Source: TPA_inf: Saccharomyces
Lineage: Eukaryota
Reading direction: 5' to 3'
DNA length: 64,000 bases
Assembly (NCBI GenBank): GCA_000146045.2
Contig: BK006948.2
Coordinates: 608,001-672,000 of the forward strand
The notes beneath the pieces are model-generated. The model was not told the DNA's origin. It searched no databases and worked only from the letters and a program-made list of their open reading frames with translations. This document shows positions 11,840-22,965 of the stretch, piece after piece (the first letter of the stretch is position 1; the number at the start of each line of letters is the position of its first letter). A program made the position numbers and the translations under genes.

Positions 11840-14800
11840 ATGCCCGAGGCCAAGCTTAACAATAACGTCAACGACGTTACTAGCTACTCCTCCGCGTCTT
11901 CTTCTACTGAAAACGCTGCTGATCTACACAATTATAATGGGTTCGATGAGCATACAGAAGCTCGAATCCAAAAACTGGCAAGGACTCTGACCGCACAGAG
12001 TATGCAAAACTCCACTCAATCGGCACCCAACAAAAGTGATGCTCAGTCTATATTTTCTAGCGGTGTGGAAGGTGTAAACCCGATATTCTCTGATCCTGAA
12101 GCTCCAGGCTATGACCCAAAATTGGACCCCAACTCCGAAAATTTTTCTAGTGCCGCCTGGGTTAAGAATATGGCTCACCTAAGTGCGGCAGACCCTGACT
12201 TTTATAAGCCTTATTCCTTAGGTTGCGCTTGGAAGAACTTAAGTGCTTCTGGTGCTTCCGCAGATGTCGCCTATCAGTCAACTGTGGTTAATATTCCATA
12301 CAAAATCCTAAAAAGTGGGCTGAGAAAGTTTCAACGTTCTAAAGAAACCAATACTTTCCAAATCTTGAAACCAATGGATGGTTGCCTAAACCCAGGTGAA
12401 TTGCTAGTCGTTTTAGGTAGACCAGGCTCTGGCTGTACTACTTTATTAAAATCCATCTCTTCAAATACTCATGGTTTTGATCTTGGTGCAGATACTAAAA
12501 TTTCTTACAGCGGCTACTCAGGTGATGATATTAAGAAACATTTTCGTGGTGAAGTTGTTTACAACGCAGAAGCTGATGTACATCTGCCTCATTTAACAGT
12601 CTTCGAAACTTTGGTTACAGTAGCGAGGTTGAAAACCCCACAGAACCGTATCAAGGGTGTCGATAGGGAAAGTTATGCGAATCATTTGGCGGAAGTAGCA
12701 ATGGCAACGTACGGTTTATCGCATACAAGGAATACAAAAGTTGGTAACGACATCGTCAGAGGTGTTTCCGGTGGTGAAAGGAAGCGTGTCTCCATTGCTG
12801 AAGTCTCCATCTGTGGATCCAAATTTCAATGCTGGGATAATGCTACAAGGGGTTTGGATTCCGCTACCGCTTTGGAATTTATTCGTGCCTTAAAGACTCA
12901 AGCTGATATTTCCAATACATCTGCCACAGTGGCCATCTATCAATGTTCTCAAGATGCGTACGACTTGTTCAATAAAGTCTGTGTTTTGGATGATGGTTAT
13001 CAGATCTACTATGGCCCCGCCGATAAGGCCAAGAAGTACTTTGAAGATATGGGGTATGTTTGTCCAAGCAGACAAACCACCGCAGATTTTTTGACCTCAG
13101 TTACAAGTCCCTCTGAGAGAACCCTGAACAAAGATATGCTAAAAAAAGGTATTCATATACCACAGACCCCGAAGGAAATGAACGATTACTGGGTAAAATC
13201 TCCAAATTACAAAGAGCTAATGAAAGAAGTCGACCAACGATTATTGAATGACGATGAAGCAAGCCGTGAAGCTATTAAGGAAGCCCACATTGCTAAGCAG
13301 TCCAAGAGAGCAAGACCTTCCTCTCCTTATACTGTCAGCTACATGATGCAAGTTAAATACCTATTAATCAGAAATATGTGGAGACTGCGAAATAATATCG
13401 GGTTTACATTATTTATGATTTTGGGTAACTGTAGTATGGCTTTAATCTTGGGTTCAATGTTTTTCAAGATCATGAAAAAGGGTGATACTTCTACATTCTA
13501 TTTCCGTGGTTCTGCTATGTTTTTTGCAATTCTATTCAATGCATTTTCTTCTCTGTTAGAAATCTTTTCGTTATATGAGGCCAGACCAATCACTGAAAAA
13601 CATAGAACATATTCGTTATACCATCCAAGTGCTGACGCTTTTGCATCAGTTCTATCAGAAATACCCTCAAAGTTAATCATCGCTGTTTGCTTCAATATAA
13701 TCTTCTATTTCTTAGTAGACTTTAGAAGAAATGGTGGTGTATTCTTTTTCTACTTATTAATAAACATTGTCGCGGTTTTCTCCATGTCTCACTTGTTTAG
13801 ATGTGTTGGTTCCTTAACAAAGACATTGTCAGAAGCTATGGTTCCCGCTTCTATGTTATTGTTGGCTCTATCCATGTATACCGGTTTTGCTATTCCTAAG
13901 AAGAAGATCCTACGTTGGTCTAAATGGATTTGGTATATCAATCCGTTGGCTTACTTATTCGAATCTTTGTTAATTAACGAGTTTCATGGTATAAAATTCC
14001 CCTGCGCTGAATATGTTCCTCGTGGTCCTGCGTATGCAAACATTTCTAGTACAGAATCTGTTTGTACCGTGGTTGGAGCTGTTCCAGGCCAAGACTATGT
14101 TCTGGGTGATGATTTCATTAGAGGAACTTATCAATACTACCACAAAGACAAATGGCGTGGTTTCGGTATTGGTATGGCTTATGTCGTCTTCTTTTTCTTT
14201 GTCTATCTATTCTTATGTGAATACAACGAGGGTGCTAAACAAAAAGGTGAAATATTAGTTTTCCCACGCAGTATAGTTAAAAGAATGAAGAAAAGAGGTG
14301 TACTAACTGAAAAGAATGCAAATGACCCCGAAAACGTTGGGGAACGTAGTGACTTATCCAGCGATAGGAAAATGCTACAAGAAAGCTCTGAAGAGGAATC
14401 CGATACTTACGGAGAAATTGGTTTATCCAAGTCAGAGGCTATATTTCACTGGAGAAACCTTTGTTACGAAGTTCAGATTAAGGCCGAAACAAGACGTATT
14501 TTGAACAATGTTGATGGTTGGGTTAAACCAGGTACTTTAACAGCTTTAATGGGTGCTTCAGGTGCTGGTAAAACCACACTTCTGGATTGTTTGGCCGAAA
14601 GGGTTACCATGGGTGTTATAACTGGTGATATCTTGGTCAATGGTATTCCCCGTGATAAATCTTTCCCAAGATCCATTGGTTATTGTCAGCAACAAGATTT
14701 GCATTTGAAAACTGCCACTGTGAGGGAGTCATTGAGATTTTCTGCTTACCTACGTCAACCAGCTGAAGTTTCCATTGAAGAAAAGAACAGATATGTTGAA

Positions 14801-16375
14801 GAAGTTATTAAAATTCTTGAAATGGAAAAATATGCTGATGCTGTTGTTGGTGTTGCTGGTGAAGGTTTAAACGTTGAACAAAGAAAAAGATTAACCATTG
14901 GTGTTGAATTAACTGCCAAACCAAAACTGTTGGTCTTTTTAGATGAACCTACTTCTGGTTTGGATTCTCAAACTGCTTGGTCTATTTGTCAGCTAATGAA
15001 AAAGTTGGCAAATCATGGTCAAGCAATTCTATGTACTATTCACCAACCCTCTGCTATTTTGATGCAAGAATTCGATCGTTTACTATTTATGCAACGTGGT
15101 GGTAAGACTGTCTACTTTGGCGACTTGGGCGAAGGTTGTAAAACTATGATCGATTATTTTGAAAGCCATGGTGCTCATAAATGCCCTGCTGACGCCAACC
15201 CAGCTGAATGGATGCTAGAAGTTGTTGGTGCAGCTCCAGGCTCTCATGCAAATCAAGATTATTACGAAGTTTGGAGGAATTCTGAAGAGTACAGGGCCGT
15301 TCAATCTGAATTAGATTGGATGGAAAGAGAATTACCAAAGAAAGGTTCGATAACTGCAGCTGAGGACAAACACGAATTTTCACAATCAATTATTTATCAA
15401 ACAAAATTGGTCAGTATTCGTCTATTCCAGCAATATTGGAGATCTCCAGATTATTTATGGTCGAAGTTTATTTTAACTATTTTCAATCAATTGTTCATCG
15501 GTTTCACTTTCTTCAAAGCAGGAACCTCGCTACAGGGTTTACAAAATCAAATGTTGGCTGTGTTCATGTTTACGGTTATTTTCAATCCTATTCTACAACA
15601 ATACCTACCATCTTTTGTCCAGCAAAGAGATTTGTATGAGGCCAGGGAACGCCCCTCAAGGACTTTTTCTTGGATTTCATTTATCTTCGCTCAAATATTC
15701 GTGGAAGTTCCATGGAATATATTGGCAGGTACTATTGCTTATTTTATCTACTATTATCCAATTGGATTTTACTCCAACGCGTCTGCAGCTGGCCAGTTGC
15801 ATGAAAGGGGTGCTTTATTTTGGTTGTTCTCTTGTGCTTTCTACGTTTATGTTGGTTCTATGGGTCTGCTTGTCATTTCATTCAACCAAGTTGCAGAAAG
15901 TGCAGCTAACTTAGCCTCTTTGTTGTTTACAATGTCTTTGTCTTTTTGTGGTGTTATGACTACCCCAAGTGCCATGCCTAGATTTTGGATATTCATGTAC
16001 AGGGTTTCACCTTTGACTTATTTCATTCAGGCTCTGTTGGCTGTTGGTGTTGCTAACGTAGACGTCAAATGCGCTGATTACGAATTGCTAGAATTCACAC
16101 CACCATCCGGTATGACATGTGGGCAGTACATGGAACCATATTTACAACTAGCAAAGACTGGTTACTTAACTGATGAAAATGCCACTGACACCTGTAGTTT
16201 CTGTCAAATATCTACAACCAATGATTACTTAGCTAATGTCAATTCTTTCTACAGTGAGAGATGGAGAAATTATGGTATCTTCATCTGTTATATTGCATTC
16301 AATTATATCGCTGGTGTCTTTTTCTACTGGTTAGCAAGAGTGCCTAAAAAGAACGGTAAACTCTCCAAGAAATAA
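11840..16375 (+). CDS. PDR5: Plasma-membrane ABC multidrug efflux pump of the PDR subfamily (1511 aa)
   Basis: 1511-aa ORF with ATG at 11840. Two nucleotide-binding domains with Walker A motifs GRPGSGCTT and GASGAGKTT, and ABC signatures VSGGERKRVSIAE and LNVEQRKRLTIG. Arranged as NBD-TMD twice. PDRE cluster upstream. Confidence 0.97.
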   Translation: MPEAKLNNNVNDVTSYSSASSSTENAADLHNYNGFDEHTEARIQKLARTLTAQSMQNSTQSAPNKSDAQSIFSSGVEGVNPIFSDPEAPGYDPKLDPNSENFSSAAWVKNMAHLSAADPDFYKPYSLGCAWKNLSASGASADVAYQSTVVNIPYKILKSGLRKFQRSKETNTFQILKPMDGCLNPGELLVVLGRPGSGCTTLLKSISSNTHGFDLGADTKISYSGYSGDDIKKHFRGEVVYNAEADVHLPHLTVFETLVTVARLKTPQNRIKGVDRESYANHLAEVAMATYGLSHTRNTKVGNDIVRGVSGGERKRVSIAEVSICGSKFQCWDNATRGLDSATALEFIRALKTQADISNTSATVAIYQCSQDAYDLFNKVCVLDDGYQIYYGPADKAKKYFEDMGYVCPSRQTTADFLTSVTSPSERTLNKDMLKKGIHIPQTPKEMNDYWVKSPNYKELMKEVDQRLLNDDEASREAIKEAHIAKQSKRARPSSPYTVSYMMQVKYLLIRNMWRLRNNIGFTLFMILGNCSMALILGSMFFKIMKKGDTSTFYFRGSAMFFAILFNAFSSLLEIFSLYEARPITEKHRTYSLYHPSADAFASVLSEIPSKLIIAVCFNIIFYFLVDFRRNGGVFFFYLLINIVAVFSMSHLFRCVGSLTKTLSEAMVPASMLLLALSMYTGFAIPKKKILRWSKWIWYINPLAYLFESLLINEFHGIKFPCAEYVPRGPAYANISSTESVCTVVGAVPGQDYVLGDDFIRGTYQYYHKDKWRGFGIGMAYVVFFFFVYLFLCEYNEGAKQKGEILVFPRSIVKRMKKRGVLTEKNANDPENVGERSDLSSDRKMLQESSEEESDTYGEIGLSKSEAIFHWRNLCYEVQIKAETRRILNNVDGWVKPGTLTALMGASGAGKTTLLDCLAERVTMGVITGDILVNGIPRDKSFPRSIGYCQQQDLHLKTATVRESLRFSAYLRQPAEVSIEEKNRYVEEVIKILEMEKYADAVVGVAGEGLNVEQRKRLTIGVELTAKPKLLVFLDEPTSGLDSQTAWSICQLMKKLANHGQAILCTIHQPSAILMQEFDRLLFMQRGGKTVYFGDLGEGCKTMIDYFESHGAHKCPADANPAEWMLEVVGAAPGSHANQDYYEVWRNSEEYRAVQSELDWMERELPKKGSITAAEDKHEFSQSIIYQTKLVSIRLFQQYWRSPDYLWSKFILTIFNQLFIGFTFFKAGTSLQGLQNQMLAVFMFTVIFNPILQQYLPSFVQQRDLYEARERPSRTFSWISFIFAQIFVEVPWNILAGTIAYFIYYYPIGFYSNASAAGQLHERGALFWLFSCAFYVYVGSMGLLVISFNQVAESAANLASLLFTMSLSFCGVMTTPSAMPRFWIFMYRVSPLTYFIQALLAVGVANVDVKCADYELLEFTPPSGMTCGQYMEPYLQLAKTGYLTDENATDTCSFCQISTTNDYLANVNSFYSERWRNYGIFICYIAFNYIAGVFFYWLARVPKKNGKLSKK

Positions 16376-16728
16376 TAGAATTTTGAATTTGGTTAAGAAA
16401 AGAAACTTACCAAGATGGACTTTTTTAATAAACATACATAATCACTACATATAGGTGCGTAATAATAAGTTTTTATTTTTTTTTTCTTAATTCAGCGAGC
16501 TTTCTACATTTCAATTTTCTTGAATTTACCAGCTCTGATAAATCAAAGTTCAATGTCCGAAAGAATTCCGAGAATTTTATTCCTAGGTTATCTCATCGGT
16601 ACTTTTTTTTTATAGGCATCAGCATTTAGTGTGAAAACATTATTTCTTAACTGTGCCTTACGGTTAAAAAGAAAGGACGCAATGGATATAGTTAAAATAT
16701 AAGATATATTATATCATTATCTGTCCGA

Positions 16729-18492
16729 ATGGCGAACCGTCTTCTCATATACGGCCTTATTTTGTGGGTAAGTATAATCGGATCTTTTGCATTAGATAGG
16801 AACAAAACTGCTCAAAATGCGAAGATTGGTCTACATGATACCACTGTGATCACGACTGGAAGTACAACGAACGTGCAGAAAGAACATTCCTCACCACTAT
16901 CCACCGGTTCTTTAAGAACCCATGATTTTAGACAGGCCTCTAAAGTTGACATACGGCAGGCTGACATACGGGAAAACGGTGAGAGGAAAGAGCAAGATGC
17001 ACTAACACAGCCTGCAACACCAAGGAATCCGGGCGATTCGAGTAATTCATTTTTATCGTTCGACGAATGGAAGAAGGTCAAGTCGAAGGAGCACTCATCA
17101 GGCCCTGAACGTCATCTTAGTCGAGTGAGGGAGCCAGTCGATCCCTCTTGCTATAAAGAGAAAGAATGCATAGGAGAAGAGTTGGAAATCGATTTGGGGT
17201 TTTTGACAAACAAAAACGAGTGGAGTGAAAGAGAAGAAAATCAAAAAGGATTCAATGAGGAAAAGGACATAGAGAAAGTTTACAAAAAAAAATTCAACTA
17301 TGCATCCTTGGATTGCGCTGCAACAATTGTCAAAAGCAATCCAGAAGCGATTGGAGCGACTTCTACGTTAATTGAGAGCAAAGACAAGTATTTACTGAAT
17401 CCCTGTTCAGCTCCGCAGCAATTCATTGTTATAGAGCTTTGTGAAGATATCCTGGTGGAGGAAATTGAAATTGCTAATTACGAATTCTTTTCCTCGACCT
17501 TCAAGAGATTTAGGGTGTCAGTTTCTGATAGAATACCGATGGTTAAAAATGAATGGACAATATTAGGAGAATTCGAGGCAAGAAATTCAAGAGAACTACA
17601 AAAGTTTCAAATACATAATCCCCAAATCTGGGCAAGTTATTTGAAAATCGAAATTCTATCCCATTATGAGGACGAATTTTATTGTCCCATATCCTTAATC
17701 AAAGTATATGGTAAATCAATGATGGATGAGTTTAAGATCGATCAACTAAAGGCTCAAGAGGATAAAGAACAATCCATAGGAACTAACAATATAAACAATT
17801 TGAATGAACAAAATATCCAAGACAGATGTAACAATATAGAAACGCGTTTAGAGACTCCAAACACAAGCAATCTCTCAGACTTAGCTGGTGCATTATCATG
17901 TACTTCAAAGCTCATCCCTTTGAAGTTCGATGAATTTTTCAAGGTGCTTAATGCATCCTTTTGTCCTTCCAAGCAAATGATATCTTCTTCTTCTTCTTCG
18001 GCTGTTCCTGTAATTCCAGAAGAATCCATTTTTAAGAACATCATGAAAAGGCTGTCACAACTGGAGACAAATTCTAGTTTGACAGTTTCTTACATTGAGG
18101 AACAGAGCAAACTGCTATCTAAATCGTTTGAACAACTTGAAATGGCGCACGAAGCAAAGTTCAGTCATCTTGTCACGATATTCAACGAAACAATGATGAG
18201 TAATCTAGATCTGCTGAATAACTTTGCCAATCAATTGAAAGATCAATCTTTACGTATATTAGAAGAACAGAAACTGGAGAATGACAAATTTACTAACCGT
18301 CATTTATTGCATTTGGAAAGATTGGAAAAAGAAGTCAGTTTTCAAAGAAGAATTGTTTATGCGTCATTTTTCGCCTTCGTAGGGTTGATATCCTATCTAT
18401 TAATAACGAGAGAGCTTTACTTTGAAGATTTCGAAGAGAGCAAAAATGGCGCTATTGAAAAGGCAGACATTGTTCAACAAGCAATCAGATGA
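16729..18492 (+). CDS. SLP1: 587-aa type-II membrane protein with a SUN-like lumenal domain (YOR154W)
   Basis: 587-aa ORF with ATG at 16729. N-terminal signal-anchor, coiled-coil C-terminal half, C-terminal TM segment. Length and position match YOR154W. Confidence 0.65.
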   Translation: MANRLLIYGLILWVSIIGSFALDRNKTAQNAKIGLHDTTVITTGSTTNVQKEHSSPLSTGSLRTHDFRQASKVDIRQADIRENGERKEQDALTQPATPRNPGDSSNSFLSFDEWKKVKSKEHSSGPERHLSRVREPVDPSCYKEKECIGEELEIDLGFLTNKNEWSEREENQKGFNEEKDIEKVYKKKFNYASLDCAATIVKSNPEAIGATSTLIESKDKYLLNPCSAPQQFIVIELCEDILVEEIEIANYEFFSSTFKRFRVSVSDRIPMVKNEWTILGEFEARNSRELQKFQIHNPQIWASYLKIEILSHYEDEFYCPISLIKVYGKSMMDEFKIDQLKAQEDKEQSIGTNNINNLNEQNIQDRCNNIETRLETPNTSNLSDLAGALSCTSKLIPLKFDEFFKVLNASFCPSKQMISSSSSSAVPVIPEESIFKNIMKRLSQLETNSSLTVSYIEEQSKLLSKSFEQLEMAHEAKFSHLVTIFNETMMSNLDLLNNFANQLKDQSLRILEEQKLENDKFTNRHLLHLERLEKEVSFQRRIVYASFFAFVGLISYLLITRELYFEDFEESKNGAIEKADIVQQAIR

Positions 18493-18627
18493 ATCCTAGA
18501 GGGCCCATAATCATAATTCTAAGCATAATTCATTCAAGATGAAAAAATCCACCGCCATATATGAGGTGTTTCTATAGGAAATATCTATATACTTTTATAG
18601 TCCTAATTTCATTTTACATAAACTGTT

Positions 18628-19980
18628 TTAATCAGTTTCTAATAATCTATGAAGATAATTCACTGTTTCTTGAGGGGATGCTATCCAGAGGGTACATCCA
18701 GCTAGCCTTGCCTTAAAATCATTTGCTGATCCCACCGGTGCAAACTGATCGCCTACGTGTAAGGTTTCAGAGGGTTGGATAGGAGATTCAGGGTTATAAA
18801 ATTGTTGCAATGAACGAACACCAAGATCTTTCCCCCCAATATCACACCAGACATCACTACCACCATCAAAACAACTAAATTGAATTCTTCTAGATGGGGC
18901 AAAAGACTCTAAAGTGTTTTGAAGGGTTAAAACTATTTCCTCCAGTTGTTCCCTATCAAGCTTAACAGGAACTTGTCTTTTAGAAGCTTCATCGTACCGT
19001 TCGCCTGGGACGATACCCACTGCCCTGACTTTACGGATAATAGAAATCTCTGAAGGTAGGTTTAGTCTTTTTCTTAACCTGTTAAGAGTTCTCTCGGCAA
19101 AGTCCAAAGTCTTTTCCACGTCCTCGAGGGACCAAGCCTTCATTCTAGGCAATAGCCATTCCTCTTTGTCAATTTGTCTAAAGCCAAAGTTATCTTCCTC
19201 CGGGTCTTCATAGTAACGGAAAAGGTAACTCGACTCACCACCCATTATTGTTAAATTCTGCTTTTGAGAAACTGGTATATCAGTTGAATCATGTAATGCA
19301 ACAATTAATCCTTTCAATCTGTTCTCATAGGTTCCAGCTTCATCATATCCGGCCGCAGTGACTATTCCCACATTGATACCGCACCGCAACAGCTTGAGAA
19401 TATAAGGAATTACAGGATTAGTGTAAACCAGGGAGCCACCATCTTCATACAGCGTCACATCTCCATCAAAAGTCACTAATCTCAAAACCTTACCATTATG
19501 TAAGTTCTCCTGTTTCTTAAAGTGAAATATCTGTGCAGTATTCAGGATATGCCTGATATCATTAAAACTGGGTGCTACCATTCTACGCGCCGAAATGGCC
19601 CGTTGTGAGTCTTCCCATAGAAAAGCTTGTTCCAATGGAAGTTCCGTAAAGAATGTTCCAATTGATGGAACCAAAAGATTTAAACGCGATTGTCCTAATA
19701 TATTCAGAGATTGAGAAGAGGCGCCATCTTCAATTTCGTCTTGGCTCATGTTTCTTGAGTCAAATTCTATTTTATCTTTAATCAGCCCTTCAATGTCTTT
19801 AAAGATATCAGCATACTGCGACCTTACACGTTGAGTTGTTGCTAAGTCGTCATTGTAGTCACCTTCATGAGAGACGGCATGTAGAACAAAAGGTGAGGCC
19901 AGTAGCCCCTTTACCCAATCTATAAACTCATCCTTGCGGTGGCTCTTCAAATGATATTCCACTCTATATCTTGAGGACAT
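18628..19980 (-). CDS. ISN1: IMP-specific 5'-nucleotidase (450 aa)
   Basis: 450-aa ORF, ATG checked at 19978-19980. Matches YOR155C in length and synteny, convergent with SLP1. Confidence 0.8.
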   Translation of the reverse strand: MSSRYRVEYHLKSHRKDEFIDWVKGLLASPFVLHAVSHEGDYNDDLATTQRVRSQYADIFKDIEGLIKDKIEFDSRNMSQDEIEDGASSQSLNILGQSRLNLLVPSIGTFFTELPLEQAFLWEDSQRAISARRMVAPSFNDIRHILNTAQIFHFKKQENLHNGKVLRLVTFDGDVTLYEDGGSLVYTNPVIPYILKLLRCGINVGIVTAAGYDEAGTYENRLKGLIVALHDSTDIPVSQKQNLTIMGGESSYLFRYYEDPEEDNFGFRQIDKEEWLLPRMKAWSLEDVEKTLDFAERTLNRLRKRLNLPSEISIIRKVRAVGIVPGERYDEASKRQVPVKLDREQLEEIVLTLQNTLESFAPSRRIQFSCFDGGSDVWCDIGGKDLGVRSLQQFYNPESPIQPSETLHVGDQFAPVGSANDFKARLAGCTLWIASPQETVNYLHRLLETD

Positions 19981-20359
19981 TGCTATTATAAGTTAACTCA
20001 CGATCTTTTGTTACTTTCTTTGAATAGTTTTCTTTTCTTAGTACATTCCTTTACCTTTTAAATTTTGTTAATTTAAGGGCGGCCTGTCCCGCTAAACGTG
20101 GGAAGTGAAAGGACATGAAATATTATAGTGTAATACAGGAAGTATACAGAGAAATCTATAGAAACCTATCACTGCAGATTCGCACACTACACCCATGAAG
20201 TAACCACAGTAGTAAAAAAACATAACAAAAGTCGTAATATTTATCAAAACAAAAACATCATTTACGCCCAAAAGTGGAAGTCAATATTAAGAGCGAAATG
20301 AAACAATAGAAATAAAAATAGAATACAATCGGAAAGGAAAGAAATCAAAAGACGGTTAA

Positions 20360-22491
20360 TCAATCTGATGTTAAATCGACCACTTCCGAGTTATCTTGAG
20401 CCGATGTGTTAAAGTCATTAGTTTGGGCCAGAGTTTTATTCATTATGGCGTGATTTGCCTGTGGTCTCCGTTTCATAAGGGTGGCGTATGGATTCTTCGG
20501 AATGTAGATAGAAACATTAGAATGCCTTCTCTTCCTAATTTTTCCATCATCCCCATGGCCGCTGGTGCTCACGTGTATATATGGAGGGAGATGTGCCGCC
20601 GATGTGGTCCTTGTTGGTAGTTCAGTTTCTGCTTCTGAATTTGGGTCCACAGGGGGGATTGGAGGCAAATCACCTTCGATTCCCAAAAGATTACGATCTT
20701 GAGCTGTGGTATTGTAATTAGGTCCGTAGGGGTTTCTCTGCGCTTCCGTTTGATTAGTCAAATTTTGTAGAACAGCCGGTAATAGTGGCGTTGATGGCCC
20801 TCTATTGTAGAATATTCTGCTGTCACCATTCGTCGCCGTAACGAAAGAATTAATACTGCTATTGTTCGTCGGTGTGTCATTTATATTTGTAGTAGCGCCT
20901 TGGTTCAAAAATGACCTCATTTGAAAAGCATCTTGATAATTATCTTGGTCCATAGTTGGAGAACCTTTCGGCGTTGATGTATGATTGGGGTTGTAGTCAC
21001 TGGATCCTTCCGATTCTGAGGGAAATATATCTGCTCTTAATTGGTCATTACGGGGGTTCACGTGCGTTGGGAAGCTTTTACTAGCCGGAATAAAGGCTTC
21101 ATCATCTGAGCTATCCAGAGATATTATTTCGGGTTCGTTGTGGTTTGAACCATTACGCAAATTAGTATCGAAGGCATTTCGGCTGTCATAATCTTGCTCT
21201 TGTTTGACAGTGCCTTGGTTCTCGTTTTTCACACTGTGATTTTGGTTAACAGTATCCGTTATAACGGCCGAACTATTATGAATCGGTTTCCATGAGCCAT
21301 CAACAGATATCTCAACTTGCTCAACATCTTCATTGCAATTTTGAATAATATTATCTACAAATTCGGAAATCTTCAACTGGTCGAATTTTATAGGGTGTTG
21401 ACAAATCGGACACTGCCATGTAGGGACTTGTGACTGAGAGTGAAGAAACCAGAGAGCATCAAAACATTGGATATGCTTACATTGGTCAGTCTTCGCCGGA
21501 TACTTCATCCTTGTACAAGATATAGGACATTGCAAACTCAGCACCGTGGAGGTTGTAATAATATCGTCATCATCTTGCTCATTCAAGGTTCTTTTGATGT
21601 ATGCTGTGGTGGCTTGCTTGATAATTTTGGGCCTTTTCAGAATTTTCCCCAGAAGAGCTTCAGGTGAAAAAACTTCCACTATAAAGCAACTTATAGAGTA
21701 CTCTTTATCAATATTGAGATAATGTAAGTCTAGGTGATTCATCTCGGTCGGTACTTTAAGATAAGGCGTTAAATTTGCAGGATTACCTGTCCCATTTTGT
21801 TTCTTTAAACCTTTCACGTTGTCCTCTAGTTTGGTGCCATTAAACACTAGTTCACAGGGATACGGGAAATCTATTGCCTCATGGCCCACAGTTTCATATA
21901 TAAACGGTATTGAAAAGCCAGAAAACAAATACAGTTTATAACTCTTGTTAGATTTCAAAAGATCATGATTAGATTTACTTACCTTGAACTTCATTTTTGT
22001 ACAACCTCTTCCTGCAGATTGCTTCAATTTTTTATTGGCATCCGGTATTTGTACTATTGGTTTGTAAAACGGTGAGGTAAAAGAATATGCTAAGGCCTGT
22101 TGTTGGGAATAAGGTGGCAATGCAGTACTCTGGAGAGCTGTCACGGGTAGTTGCCCCGATGCTACAGGATGCTTGAACGCACCCGTCTTTAAAGTTTCCC
22201 AAAGGGTAGAGTATTTTGGTAATGATGAGTTTATCCTTACTTTCGCGATAAGAATCTTAATAGCCTTAGGCCTCCACGGATCTATATGTCCAATATCACA
22301 GGATTTTCTTAAGAATTGTTTTATTCGGTCTTGTAAGACAGCCTTTTTGCCCGTTATGGATAAATCCAGAGATTTGCATATTTGCTTTAACTCTAGAACC
22401 TTTAATTGTTCCATTTCATTTATTGCATCTTTTATTTCATTTATGAGTCCACCACCTGTGTTGGACAAAGGGTTCGTAAACATATAACTGG

Positions 22492-22522
<31 letters not shown>

Positions 22523-22540
22523 TGACATGACACTTGCCAT
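20360..22540 (-). CDS. NFI1: SUMO E3 ligase of the Siz/PIAS family with SAP and SP-RING domains (726 aa)
   Basis: 726-aa ORF, ATG checked at 22538-22540. N-terminal poly-Asn, SAP-like region, and the SP-RING CPISCTRMKYPAKTDQCKHIQCFDALWFLHSQSQVPTWQCPICQ. Confidence 0.85.
22493..22522. repeat. (ATT)10 trinucleotide microsatellite encoding the N-terminal poly-Asn tract of Nfi1
   Basis: Ten perfect ATT units on the + strand (AAT codons on the - strand), directly after codons 1-6 of NFI1. Confidence 0.9.
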
Positions 22541-22965
22541 CGTGCTCTTTTCCCTTATACGTTTCTTGATTATCAGTGTATCGTTTGTGGTATTCTTAGT
22601 TCCTTGATATTTGCCTCAGTAATAGCCCTTTAAAGACCAACAAACGGATGACTATAGAAATGTTAATTTTAGTGTTATGTTATATGTGTGGTACTGAGCT
22701 GTGTTTGTTATATTATGCTCTGTGTGATAAAATAGCTAAAATGGATGGATAAATTAACACGAAAATTAACGAACAAAAATCAACTAACACACTTCAAAGC
22801 ATAAAAAAAAGAAAAAAGAAAAAGAATCAAGAACAAATAATAAGCTCTGCTATAAGAAAATATATTATGTAAATAGTTTTGCGGTTAGTTTTTGACTTCC
22901 TTTATCACATTTTGTTGAACAATGATTTACTATACTAAAATATACTTAAGTTCTATGTTTTACTT

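Noticed and set aside
11924-12178. Antisense or internal small ORFs embedded in large genes (e.g. 11924-12178 in PDR5, 5209-5406 and 7907-8107 in RPB2, 599-1039 opposite SPP2, 25304-25612 opposite SME1, 16812-17081 in SLP1)
   Set aside because: These are fully contained within well-supported CDSs on the opposite strand or in another frame. They are short, of biased composition, and of the kind expected by chance in 64 kb.
22273-22280. TCCACGGA (reverse complement of the PDRE variant) inside the NFI1 coding sequence
   Set aside because: Located deep inside a CDS, far from any promoter. The variant 8-mer is expected several times by chance. Not treated as regulatory.
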